A stretch of DNA of 64,000 nt. It comes from a virus (Duplodnaviria; Caudoviricetes). Where the stretch lies: positions 1 to 64,000 of the IMG/VR virus record IMGVR_UViG_3300010163_000009, one strand, 5' to 3'. The translations under genes and the position numbers were made by a program. Numbering within the stretch: position 1 is the first letter of the stretch; each line of letters begins with the position of its first letter. The notes beneath the pieces were generated by a model. That model searched no databases. It was not told the origin of the DNA and saw only the letters and a list, made by a program, of their open reading frames with translations. This document shows, in pieces, positions 24,951-34,857 of this stretch.

Positions 24951-25673
24951 TTAAGTGTGTATTGCCCAGCCATACTGAGGTGTAAGTTGGAAGGAATTAT
25001 TGGTTTGGTAGCCCGTTTCCGGCCACCCATGAAAAATAATTCCACCTACCAATGTTTTAATTCCATTAACCATCTCACAAAATGTAAACTCGTTATATCC
25101 TGAGTTGTATGATATTTCAATGTGTTGATTTGATGCAACACGACTATAGCTATGAAAACGCTTCAAACACTCAAGCAGCGAGTCGTTACCATGCTTTCTA
25201 CAATCTTTAATGAGTTCTTTCAATCGTCCCAAGGATATGTTGTCTATTTTCACTGCAATTTTAGACATAGATGGTATCTTTTCATGTTTTTCCTCCCATT
25301 CCATAATTACTGGAGTAATAATATCTCGCACTATTTCGCGAGCTTGCTCCACATTTACCTCACGTAATCCATTTAGCGTTACATAATAAATAGTCTCGCT
25401 AACCTCTCTGCAACTGGGATAAAGATATGCGTGAAACCAACTGTTTTTCTGGGCTATGTCATATCTCAGGACTTCATTCCCGAAATACTCCTCCTTGAAA
25501 TTGGCAAGTTTAAGAAGATAGGTATGTGTCGGGGCTACCATCCACAAAAAAGGGAAAGCTTTCACGCCTTTCCTGGAAATATACCCCGCATCATATTTTT
25601 CAAAATCTGACTGGAATGATGTCATAGTAGCCGCCACAATCTCAGCCATTTTATTTAATATCTCTGTTACCAT
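24951..25673 (-). CDS. Hypothetical protein
   Basis: 240-aa ORF. Confidence 0.7.
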   Translation of the reverse strand: MVTEILNKMAEIVAATMTSFQSDFEKYDAGYISRKGVKAFPFLWMVAPTHTYLLKLANFKEEYFGNEVLRYDIAQKNSWFHAYLYPSCREVSETIYYVTLNGLREVNVEQAREIVRDIITPVIMEWEEKHEKIPSMSKIAVKIDNISLGRLKELIKDCRKHGNDSLLECLKRFHSYSRVASNQHIEISYNSGYNEFTFCEMVNGIKTLVGGIIFHGWPETGYQTNNSFQLTPQYGWAIHT

Positions 25674-25678
25674 ATAAT

Positions 25679-25929
25679 TTAAATGCTTATTGTTTTTCGA
25701 TACGATAATTCTCCTGTGAAACCTCGCCTACGGAGTTCACCACACAAGGCTTCATCTGATAATTCTGATACGTCAATAATATTGCGTCGCGATGTTGTTG
25801 TTTTTGTAAGTCCATGCTTTTTGCATGTGTTACATCGATATGAGAGGCCATCCGCCGCTTTGTTATTCTTACTAAATTCAGATATGGGCAATGTTTTCCC
25901 ACATACTCCACATATTTTTGTCTGTTCCA
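25679..25929 (-). CDS. Zn-finger protein with ELRRRGFTGEL module (start MEQTKIC)
   Basis: CGVCGKTLPISEF...DGLSYRCNTC plus the shared C-terminal module. Confidence 0.7.
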
Positions 25930-26015
25930 TATTTATTATAGGTTTTATGGTCTTGAAACCGCATTTAGAGTTCCATCTCCCCACAGTACTTCTTTCAATA
26001 TTCAGATCAGGGTGC

Positions 26016-26294
26016 TTACATGCCCAAGCCACCACTTCGCCAAACAGCCCTATCCTTCAGCCACTTCTCGTTGGAATATTCTTCTATTACTTTCTCGACT
26101 TCTTTTCTCTTGTCTCCATTAATAATTAGAAACATTACTCCAACACCATCTGCACCTTTGAGAACTACCGCAGTTTCGTACATATCTCTTGCGAAACTGA
26201 TATATCCAGCACCAAGGTCAAGAATCGTATTATGAGCAAATAATCTCATGCCGCGAACATCAATCGGCTTCTGGGTTTCAAACTTATTTTCCAT
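26016..26294 (-). CDS. Hypothetical protein (start MENKFE), possibly frameshifted at the 3' end
   Basis: A protein-like reading continues in another frame near 26050. Confidence 0.5.
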   Translation of the reverse strand: MENKFETQKPIDVRGMRLFAHNTILDLGAGYISFARDMYETAVVLKGADGVGVMFLIINGDKRKEVEKVIEEYSNEKWLKDRAVWRSGGLGM

Positions 26295-26563
26295 TTTTAC
26301 TTTACTTTTAGTGACGTTTATCAAGTTGCTTCTGAATATTCTCAGAGTGCGCTTTCCACCATAGTTTATATACCGGGGTTTCAATTCCCAAATAGCGTTT
26401 CCATATATTTCTTGCGATCCACAGCAAGGATTTCAAAATGACACGACACATAACTATCAAAATGTCACTTGCAAGAGCTGATATACGAGATGTGAGTTTT
26501 TCCGAGTTTTGATTATTTTTCATACTATTCGTTCTTGTTGATAGGATTAATAATTGATACAGT

Positions 26564-27025
26564 TTAATTATCGGTAACTCCCTTGACCTGTCCAACCAAT
26601 TCATATAACGAAAACGTATCTGTCCAGAAATCCTCATTTGTGTATTTGCCAAATGCTTCATATATGGCCATTGCATCACGGTATATAACAAGTTTGTAAC
26701 CAATCAGATCATTCTCAGGGAAAACCAGATTCCCCTCCTCGTTATCATCCAGCTCCACAAACACCCAGCTTTTATTTGCTAAAAGTTCCTCTATTTCAGG
26801 TTCCTCATTATCATTCGTCCGGTAAAAATATACCGATGTATCATAAAAGCACAGGGAATGGAACATGAAATCATTGGCAAAAGGCTTGATTATTTCAATC
26901 CTTCCGGATTGTGCTTTTCTCCATTCTTCCGACAAGCGAATAAGTGCAAAATCACAATAGTCCCATTCGCTATCCGTAAATGCTCTAATCAGAATATGAT
27001 CTGTCGGCTTGTTTGAAATTTTCAT
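26564..27025 (-). CDS. Hypothetical protein
   Basis: 153-aa acidic ORF. Confidence 0.7.
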   Translation of the reverse strand: MKISNKPTDHILIRAFTDSEWDYCDFALIRLSEEWRKAQSGRIEIIKPFANDFMFHSLCFYDTSVYFYRTNDNEEPEIEELLANKSWVFVELDDNEEGNLVFPENDLIGYKLVIYRDAMAIYEAFGKYTNEDFWTDTFSLYELVGQVKGVTDN

Positions 27026-27280
27026 TGTTTTGCACTTTTATTTAAAGTTCTACCATGACTATCGTTGTGGAAACACAGCATTTTGTTGGCGGTTCCGTTT
27101 CTTTTTCTGCTGGGTGAAGCATAGTTTTGTGTACACGCCACTACTGCTACAAGTGGCTACTTTAACTGCTTTGTGTGGAACTCCCCACACGGTATAAATT
27201 ATCTTTTTCATTGTTTTTGGGTATAAAAATAGCCGCAACCAGATTGCTCCGATTGCGGCTAATTGACATAATTATGACTA

Positions 27281-27904
27281 TTATTGTAACGCTTCTAAAA
27301 TTCTTTTTGCTCTCGCTTCTACCCGGCACTCAAATATGATTTTCTCAGATTTTATCCTTTGTGCCTGAGCCTCTTCGAAACTAATACGGCATCGACCACC
27401 TTTTTTACTACGAATAGGTTTGGCAAGGTCATAAAACTCTTGTTCCTTTCGTCTTGCGATTTTTATATGTTGATATTCCGCTTTTGACATGGGGACATCG
27501 TATTTGTCTGTATCTGAATTTTTTGTGAGCGCATTATACACACCTTTCCAATTATCCCAAGTAATCAAAGTCACCGTTTTTCCAATCCATGCAATAGAAT
27601 ATCCGCTTTTGAGCATCTGACCAAGGTGTCTTGCCCAATAAGCCTGACGAATCACGGGCATTACAGACACTTCCTTTTTGCCTTTCATGCACACAACGAT
27701 TTCGGAGTTAGCTTGCATATTATAATCAAGCATTTTCCAGAACTTTGGCGACAGTTTCTGCCCAAGGTTTGCTGCCATGTCGTAAAGCATTTCCCATGCT
27801 TTTTCACTTATATGGGACGTGTATTTTTCCGCATCTGTTGGGGCGGTTGCTATGCTTTTAAGCGCAGATATTTGCGCATCTGAGAATATATTTCCGAGTG
27901 TCAT
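27281..27904 (-). CDS. Hypothetical basic protein
   Basis: 207-aa ORF followed by a terminator-like hairpin at about 27230-27262. Confidence 0.65.
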   Translation of the reverse strand: MTLGNIFSDAQISALKSIATAPTDAEKYTSHISEKAWEMLYDMAANLGQKLSPKFWKMLDYNMQANSEIVVCMKGKKEVSVMPVIRQAYWARHLGQMLKSGYSIAWIGKTVTLITWDNWKGVYNALTKNSDTDKYDVPMSKAEYQHIKIARRKEQEFYDLAKPIRSKKGGRCRISFEEAQAQRIKSEKIIFECRVEARAKRILEALQ

Positions 27905-28116
27905 ATTGCTTTTGAATAACCGGCTCCCTGGGCCGGGGAAAATCTGAAAAACTTACGCGTTTAGGGTTTTGCCACAACACGACACACATAACAAGTGGAT
28001 GCAAACGTTATGCGAGCGTGGCGAGTGTGTATATGCGTTGTGCGAGTGGACGCATTACCTGTGTGGACGCAATTTGCAAGCGTGGCGCAACGTATCGTGG
28101 ACGCACATACTTGCAT

Positions 28117-28150
28117 AAGAAAGCCACCCAACCCCGAAGGGCTGAGTGGC
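28117..28150 (-). terminator. Intrinsic terminator with cUUCGg tetraloop
   Basis: Minus strand GCCACTCAGCCC-TTCG-GGGTTGGGTGGC-TTTCTT after the 28172 ORF. Confidence 0.75.
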
Positions 28151-28171
28151 AGTCGTGTTGCGGTCGGTAGG

Positions 28172-28804
28172 TTATGCGGCTTTGTCGGTTTCGGTCGCTT
28201 GTACGGGTGCCGGTTCGGCTGCATTGCCCACTGCGGCATTGTACATGCTCTCAGCCTTGGCGAGGATAGCACTGCGGAGGTTTGCTTGCTTTGCAATAGC
28301 CTTTGCCGTTGTTTTTAGCAATTCGGATAGAGCATCACCTTCAGCCGTGAGAAGGGGCGAGGTTTTTTTGACGTTGAGATTTGTGTGCCGGAGCAATAAA
28401 CCGTCGTCAAGAGTGAGAGCGTTTTTGAGTTTACCATCGCTGTCGGTTTTGTACACTACGTTACCCGCAAGCCAACGTGTGAATGTGCTCTTTGCGGTTA
28501 ATTTCGTTTCAATTTCTTCGCCATTCACGACCACGATTTTGAATGCCGTTGCGAAACCGTTACGCTCTTGTGCATCTGCCACCATGAGTGCGAGCAAAGG
28601 CAACAAGATGCCGTCCCCAGATGTGCGGCGTACACCCTCAATCGCCATAAATTCGGTTATTTCTTTCATTTCACCGTCGATGCGTTTCTTTGCGTTACGC
28701 AGGAGCACCGCTGCATTTGCGGGCATTGTGTTCACGTTAAGTTCACCAAAAGTTACGTTGAACTTGATTTCGTTTGCGCTGTTTGACTTGTTAGTTTTAG
28801 CCAT
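28172..28804 (-). CDS. Ala/Lys-rich hypothetical protein (start MAKTNK)
   Basis: Protein-like composition; own terminator. Confidence 0.7.
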   Translation of the reverse strand: MAKTNKSNSANEIKFNVTFGELNVNTMPANAAVLLRNAKKRIDGEMKEITEFMAIEGVRRTSGDGILLPLLALMVADAQERNGFATAFKIVVVNGEEIETKLTAKSTFTRWLAGNVVYKTDSDGKLKNALTLDDGLLLRHTNLNVKKTSPLLTAEGDALSELLKTTAKAIAKQANLRSAILAKAESMYNAAVGNAAEPAPVQATETDKAA

Positions 28805-29189
28805 AATTATGTCGGCTCGGTCCTTGTGCCTATGTGTAGCCCACACACCGCCTTTCGTGTGTCAGGTGATTAAAATTTTACGCTTGACTCTGCTTGTCGC
28901 ATTGCTACAAAATACAATTTTCGCCTTGTCACGAACGAACACAGTACGAACCTATGTTCGGGAGCATTAAGCGTGTCAACATGATATGCAGTTTAGCTCT
29001 GTTACCCTACACGTACTTGATGCGTCAGACGCAAATTTCCGCCACTCTCCAAGAGCTATCTTGTGCTCACGTTATGCGCCATAAGGCTCACATAACGCTT
29101 ATCGCATATCAATCATTTCAAAGAACTTGTTGCCGTACTCTCAAACACCTGCCGATGTTGATTTCGGACGTTGCAAATATGTGGTGCTA

Positions 29190-30250
29190 AATGGTTGATT
29201 TCCAAATATTTTTGCGAAAAATTTTTGAAAAACTTAGCGCGTGAGGCGAAGCCGGCGCGCGAAAAGTTTCGTGGGCAATGGTCGCGTCAAAATGGGCGTT
29301 CCCACGTGACCTGGGCGTGGACGCCTCATAGTGGGCGTACCCATTTTGCGCACCCACCTCCAGACGACATGAGCGCCCATAAATCGCACTCGAAGATGTG
29401 GCCACACGTATCTCATGGGCGCTCATAATTTCACGCAATAATGAGCGCCCATATTGCATTATCTGTACGTCCATATATGCACACAAAATGTGGGCATCCT
29501 CACGCACCCAAATATGTCCACATTTTGCTCACACAAGCCCACAAATTTCGGATGCCCAAACATGACGGTGGACTCACACGTTTCAGGCAAATTTTGAGCG
29601 TCCACGAGTTGCGTGGGTAGCCATGAATTATGTTGAGCTCTCACGATATTGAGCGTCCACACATAAGCATGGACACGCAATATCTGTCGGCTTTGGATGC
29701 CCATGCTTGCGTGTGGTCTCCCATGAATTGTGAGCAACCACGCAATATTTGTGGATACGCATGATTGCAAAATGCACGCCCACAATGTTTTATGGGTGCT
29801 CACATGTTATAAGTGGGCTCACACAAGTTATATGTGCGCAGCCATACATTACGCATGGTGGCACACATATACAAGATGAGCGTCAACACATTGTGCATGT
29901 GTGCCCAAACACGTGGCAATCTTCACGCATTTATGGGCGACCATGATATTATGTGTGGTCTCCCATGCTATTGCATTGGTCGCTCACAATACCGCTTGCA
30001 CGACCACGACGGTTTGTGGATGCGCAACAATCGTCGTGCATGGACACCCAGGAAAAATTTGGAGCCTCACACGTTTTGCTGGGCAACCACTAATTGCTAA
30101 TGGGCACCCACACGGCGCTATGTGGTTGCGTATGTCATGCACGTGTACGCCCATGCTTGTACACGCGATGCACGCAATGTGGGCATGGGCGCGTATATGT
30201 ATGCGCACGCAAATATGTGGGCACGCATTATGCACGCCCACGCACGTAGA
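29190..30250. repeat. Non-coding tract of degenerate short repeats in both orientations
   Basis: GTGTGGTCTCCCATG at 29711 and 29953; TTGAGCGTCCAC at 29594 and 29649; ATGAGCGCCCAT at 29369 and 29441, inverted at 29415. Confidence 0.6.
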
Positions 30251-30256
30251 AACGGC

Positions 30257-30283
30257 AAAACCCCGACCCCAGAGGGGTCGAGG
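30257..30283 (-). terminator. Intrinsic terminator
   Basis: Minus strand CCTCGACCCC-TCT-GGGGTCGGGG-TTTT after the 30313 ORF. Confidence 0.7.
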
Positions 30284-30312
30284 CGATGTGGTAGCCGGTG
30301 TGGTCGGTGGCT

Positions 30313-30801
30313 TTATAGCAAAGCTATAACGGCTTGAACGAGAGATTTTGCTTGTTTCGGTTCGGCTTTTCCGACGAGCTTATCAAAGTCACCCGAAGGG
30401 TGAAGGCTAAGAAACACCGTCTTTGCGACCTCTTCGAGGTCGAGGTTTGCAAGTGCGGTCTCTTTGGCGTGTTTGTAGCCCTTTTTGCTGGCAAAGCCAG
30501 CAAGCAACGAGTACGAGTAGGGTCTGATGTTCGGTTGCAACTTCGTTGCAAGTTTTTGAGGCTTGCCGTTCTTGTCAATCGTTTTGCCAAAGGCAAAGCC
30601 TTCGATTTCTTCTTTCCCAAAGGCTTTGCCTTTGACTGCCATTGCGAGAAGGGTTGCCGTGTGGTTGAAAACCACAGCCCACATATCTCTGGTTTCCACT
30701 ACACGTAGTGTAGTGCCGTTTTTAGCGTTTGCGGTTGATGACTGGTTAACAACTTTGTTGTTAGCGACTACGGATGCGGTGTTTTGTGCAGATTTTACCA
30801 T
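30313..30801 (-). CDS. Ala/Lys-rich hypothetical protein
   Basis: 162 aa; own promoter element and terminator. Confidence 0.7.
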   Translation of the reverse strand: MVKSAQNTASVVANNKVVNQSSTANAKNGTTLRVVETRDMWAVVFNHTATLLAMAVKGKAFGKEEIEGFAFGKTIDKNGKPQKLATKLQPNIRPYSYSLLAGFASKKGYKHAKETALANLDLEEVAKTVFLSLHPSGDFDKLVGKAEPKQAKSLVQAVIALL

Positions 30802-30862
30802 GATGTTGAAAATTTTGATTTTGCCGAAACCCGTCGGCGGCGGTTTGTCGATGTTGACGGTG

Positions 30863-30870
30863 CAAAGTTA
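30863..30870 (-). promoter_or_regulatory. Bacteroidetes -7 promoter element
   Basis: TAACTTTG on minus, upstream of 30801. Confidence 0.6.
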
Positions 30871-31808
30871 GGGCTGACACTCAGTGCGTCACGACGCGTA
30901 GCTTCGCCTGTTTCCGCAGGCATTATGCGCAGGAGAAAGGGCGTGTGAGCTTCCTGTGCGTCCGTGCGGTGTTGTGCGGCCACACGAGAGCGTCATGCGA
31001 GTGTCATGCCTACCCACGTGCGCAATAAGCAATCCCGTACATGGGCATACACTCATGCGTATGTAAGCGCATTATGGGCGAGCACACGCACGTTATCGTG
31101 GGCGCACACAACCGGGCGTATGCACACCCACACGCAACGTGTTGACGCTCAGGCACTACCACGCACGCATTATGGGCGCACAGTAGTCGCAGAGGCACAC
31201 ACTTAGGCGCAAACGTGGGCACGGGAGGGAGTCCGTGTGTGAGTGGCAATTTCTTTCAGAAATTGGGGTGCTGAGAGGGGTCGGACGGACGTCCACATGC
31301 TTGTGTGCGCACCCACCTACACGCACATGGGCGTAAACCCGAAGGGTTTCACTTTTGCACAAAGTGAAAGTTTGAAAGTGTTAAAAATCAACAAGTTACG
31401 ATTTTGTCACAACGTAAGCAACCCGACACAACCGACTTTTGCACCCTATAAGGGTGCAAGCATGAGAAAACGAAAAAAAACGAGGGAGGGTATGCGTGGT
31501 GGTGGGGATTCCATATACATACTACGGTAAAATTTTTCAAATCCGTTTTTCTTAACAAGATTACTGGGTGTCTAAACTATGTCCCGTTACAATCATTTCT
31601 TGTTAAGTCCAAAATCTACCAGTTACACATTATTATATATAACATATCTCATTATCAGACTTGTTGCCATCAATTTTTATACATGACACACAAAAACTTC
31701 TTAATATGTAAATCCCAATTTTTCCCAGCCCCGACTTTTCAAATCGGTCTTTCGACAATATCTCATTCAATTTCCGATTCTTGTTCATACACTCTCAAAA
31801 ATTATACT

Positions 31809-31816
31809 TACCTTTG
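31809..31816 (+). promoter_or_regulatory. Bacteroidetes -7 promoter element
   Basis: TACCTTTG 33 nt before the ATG at 31850. Confidence 0.6.
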
Positions 31817-31849
31817 CTTAAAAATTGATATATTTATAATCCATCGACA

Positions 31850-32842
31850 ATGAAATCACAGTTTCAGACACTATCTTTTCTATCCAATTATGTGCCCAAA
31901 ACACCATTGGACTCCGAATTTATAAATTCGTTCTTGGTACAGCGCTTCCAAATTACCCCAAAAACGCCCGTATTCTCTTCTGTAAGCGATTCTAGTCCTA
32001 TAGATGTGCAATCTTTCGTCTTATGGTTTGAAAGTGGCTTAAACGCGCTTAAAATAGTCTGTTTCAAAAATGAGATTGTTCTGCTGGGTAATTGTACTCT
32101 CGAAACTTGTGAAATTATTGGTTCACTACTTGAAGATGGTTCGGTAAGTACTGAAATCCTCACTGTAGCTAATAGCGAAATATCTGAAGCTTCTGAGACT
32201 GATTCTCAAAAGTTTTATGAAGCCCTCTTTGCCAACAACCTCCAACCCGACCCTAACAAGCTACGCCTTGTCCCCAAATATATTCCCCAAAACAGCGACC
32301 GGGTAATCTTTTACGACTACTCGCTGGAAGTTCAAGGTGTTGGGGTGGTTCGCCATATAGACTCCGAGCATGACGTGATGTTCTATTGCTATTTTACCTA
32401 TCCGACTCTAAGCAAACCAAAACGAATCGGCTACTCACTGTATGAGACTCCGGGATACGACATCCGCACTATAGTATTCGAGAATATCGACAAGGAGAAT
32501 ATACAAACCACGCTTGGGAACTCTACCAGTTGTTTCCGTCGTCTTGGCAGAGAACTCGAAAAGGTTGGAAAAGTGTGGAAGGATAAAACTCTAAGAATCG
32601 AACCACTCAATGTTATGGTTCCTATTGGAGAAAAATACTACTACATTTCGGATAAAATGGATGTGAAGCAGGAAACTGAAAAGGGAACGCCGACATCACG
32701 TTTCCGTTATTTGGCTGGGAACTATTTCACAACTCATAAAGCAGCCATGCTTATGGAAGGTAAATTTAGCGAATTATTGAGAAACTATCTTGCTTCCGAC
32801 GAATGGCCAGAAGTGATAGATGAGACTGATGGCAATAAATAA
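31850..32842 (+). CDS. Hypothetical protein
   Basis: 330-aa ORF with promoter element and terminator. Confidence 0.8.
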   Translation: MKSQFQTLSFLSNYVPKTPLDSEFINSFLVQRFQITPKTPVFSSVSDSSPIDVQSFVLWFESGLNALKIVCFKNEIVLLGNCTLETCEIIGSLLEDGSVSTEILTVANSEISEASETDSQKFYEALFANNLQPDPNKLRLVPKYIPQNSDRVIFYDYSLEVQGVGVVRHIDSEHDVMFYCYFTYPTLSKPKRIGYSLYETPGYDIRTIVFENIDKENIQTTLGNSTSCFRRLGRELEKVGKVWKDKTLRIEPLNVMVPIGEKYYYISDKMDVKQETEKGTPTSRFRYLAGNYFTTHKAAMLMEGKFSELLRNYLASDEWPEVIDETDGNK

Positions 32843-32843
32843 A

Positions 32844-32890
32844 AATAACGACCGGCGCGATTGTTTTGCCAATTCCTGCCGGTCGTTATT
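32844..32890. terminator. Terminator between convergent genes
   Basis: AATAACGACCGGC...GCCGGTCGTTATT. Confidence 0.7.
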
Positions 32891-32906
32891 GCGTTCTGTT
32901 AATATA

Positions 32907-34850
32907 TCACTGGAGTGACTTATGTGCTATCGTGTCGGTATATCCATTCCGTTCGTTCCACTCGACTACATTCTCTGCTGAAAAAATATACGCTTTTTTG
33001 TGTACTCCATCACAAGGCTTGTATTTGCCGTTTAGAACACCCGTGAACTCGTTATACCCCACAGATGGCAAACTATAGCACCAAGGTTTCAAAAGATGAT
33101 CTGGAAGACCACCACCGCTTTCTAATGCCGTTCCTTTGCCGTCGGTGAACTCGTCGATTATATTTTCTTCGCCTGAAATCACAAAGTCACGATAGAAATT
33201 CTTGATTGCGGATTCAATCGGAGAAAGGTCGGAATCGTCAGCAGACAAGATAAGGCTTATGAGTTTTTTATTCTGAGAGTTCTTGGTTCTCTTATCTCCT
33301 TTGCTGGAAATGAAAACATCATTTGCCTCTATGTCGTAAAAACGGTCAATTGCAACTTTCAATGCAGGTACCGATTTATCTTGCATAGTGCATGGACTCC
33401 ACTGGAAGATTTCGTATGGGTTGAAATCCTGGAATGTTTTAAATCCAAATTTAACCTCCCATTCATTGTTATCCCCATAAACATACCTGCCTTGTTCTAT
33501 CGCTCCAGTCATATCCTCATAGACGTTCTTGGCAAGAGAATAAATCTCGTCCTGTGGAAGTGCGGCTCCTATCATCTCTTTCCAATCGTAATTTTGAGGC
33601 TCATCCACCAGATCTCCTTCTTCATCTATTTTCTGTGAGGGATGGTAATGGTCACAATAAAGGTTGTAGATGCCATCCCAGAATTGATATAGGAAAAAAT
33701 CTACTGGGGATTGCACAACCTCGTCAAGACGGTCTACGATCTCTTTTGCTCTTTCGACTTTTATGAAAGGTTTGTTACGGTAAGAGTTTCTTGCCCTCAT
33801 AGACCGTTCCGCTCTTTTTAGAGTTTGCTGGGAAATGTCCTCAATCTCCATGAAATCTTTTGAGGGTTTATCCAAATCCAATATTTCAACTTTTCCAAAA
33901 CCCTCAAAACCTTTTTGAATATCTTCCTGGAAGTTTTCGTTTTGAACCTCGCTTTTTAGAGGAACGGCCTCCTTTATTCTTTTATTTATTATATATATTA
34001 TTACTGTCCTACAAAAATGTAGGATTTTTAAGGTCAAATCCTGCAAAAATGTAGGATTGTTCCCTACAAAAATGTAGGATTTTTGTAGGTCGTTTATGAG
34101 AGATTCTGGAAAATGTCCTGTATCAAACGCGCATTTTATATATTCTCGTAAATTACCACCCTGCAAAAATGTAGGGTTTTCAGATGTACCCCTACAAAAA
34201 TGTAGCGTTTCAGCAATCTCTTTACAAAAACCCTGCAAAAATGTAGGATTTAAGGAATCGACAAATTCATCAAATTCGCAATATTCCCTACAAAAATGTA
34301 GGGTTTTGGCAATCTCTTGGGCTAAATCCTGCAAAAATGTAGGATTTTGTGGATCTTGTGGCGATACTCCTACATTATTGCAGGATTTATCATCTGATAT
34401 AACAATTGAATTTCCAGCAAGTCCGATCAATTCGGTACACCCCTGCATTTTTGTAGGATTGTTGGAATCTGTTATTGTTGACGTTCCCTTCTTTTGGAAC
34501 TCTTTGGCAAATGTTTTTCTATCATTAGTGGATAGGGATTCGTAATGTTTTAGCACTGCAACATACTCGTTACACAAAATTTTTATTCCATTCTTATATT
34601 TTGTGATCAATCCAAGTTTCTCTAATCGCTCTATGCAACCTGGTAGAGTTCGATATGGGTCAACATGAGTCAACTCTCCCAATTTGGCCAATGATATTTT
34701 TACTGTTTGTTCATATATGGAGCGAGACAGTTGAATACGCACCATATCAATTAGACGTTGGAAAACAACCCTGTCGGATGTATTTATGATAAGTTCGTCA
34801 TTTGCTATAAAATGCAAACCATAACGTGCTACCTGTGATTTATTTTTCAT
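32907..34850 (-). CDS. Putative replication initiator (N-terminal wHTH, iteron-encoded linker)
   Basis: ISLAKLGELTHV...CIERLEKLGLI winged helix; NPTFLQ/LHFCR repeats arise from DNA repeats. Confidence 0.65.
   Translation of the reverse strand: MKNKSQVARYGLHFIANDELIINTSDRVVFQRLIDMVRIQLSRSIYEQTVKISLAKLGELTHVDPYRTLPGCIERLEKLGLITKYKNGIKILCNEYVAVLKHYESLSTNDRKTFAKEFQKKGTSTITDSNNPTKMQGCTELIGLAGNSIVISDDKSCNNVGVSPQDPQNPTFLQDLAQEIAKTLHFCREYCEFDEFVDSLNPTFLQGFCKEIAETLHFCRGTSENPTFLQGGNLREYIKCAFDTGHFPESLINDLQKSYIFVGNNPTFLQDLTLKILHFCRTVIIYIINKRIKEAVPLKSEVQNENFQEDIQKGFEGFGKVEILDLDKPSKDFMEIEDISQQTLKRAERSMRARNSYRNKPFIKVERAKEIVDRLDEVVQSPVDFFLYQFWDGIYNLYCDHYHPSQKIDEEGDLVDEPQNYDWKEMIGAALPQDEIYSLAKNVYEDMTGAIEQGRYVYGDNNEWEVKFGFKTFQDFNPYEIFQWSPCTMQDKSVPALKVAIDRFYDIEANDVFISSKGDKRTKNSQNKKLISLILSADDSDLSPIESAIKNFYRDFVISGEENIIDEFTDGKGTALESGGGLPDHLLKPWCYSLPSVGYNEFTGVLNGKYKPCDGVHKKAYIFSAENVVEWNERNGYTDTIAHKSLQ
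33972..34457. repeat. Iteron cluster plus AT-rich tract: putative replication origin
   Basis: CCTRCAAAAATGTAGG (one copy ends in C) at 34008, 34040, 34063, 34160, 34191, 34232, 34287, 34328; inverted variants at 34369 and 34442; AT-rich tract at 33972-34002. Confidence 0.8.
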
Positions 34851-34857
34851 TGTTTTT

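Noticed and set aside
28131-31349. CCC-GAA-GGG hairpins as N4-type ssDNA promoters
   Set aside because: They read as cUUCGg RNA tetraloops on the minus strand; one is a clear terminator and one lies in coding sequence; no virion RNA polymerase is seen.
28894-31530. Many overlapping short ORFs rich in H/C/M/A/R
   Set aside because: By-products of alternating purine-pyrimidine sequence; only 28172-28804 and 30313-30801 look like real genes in this region.
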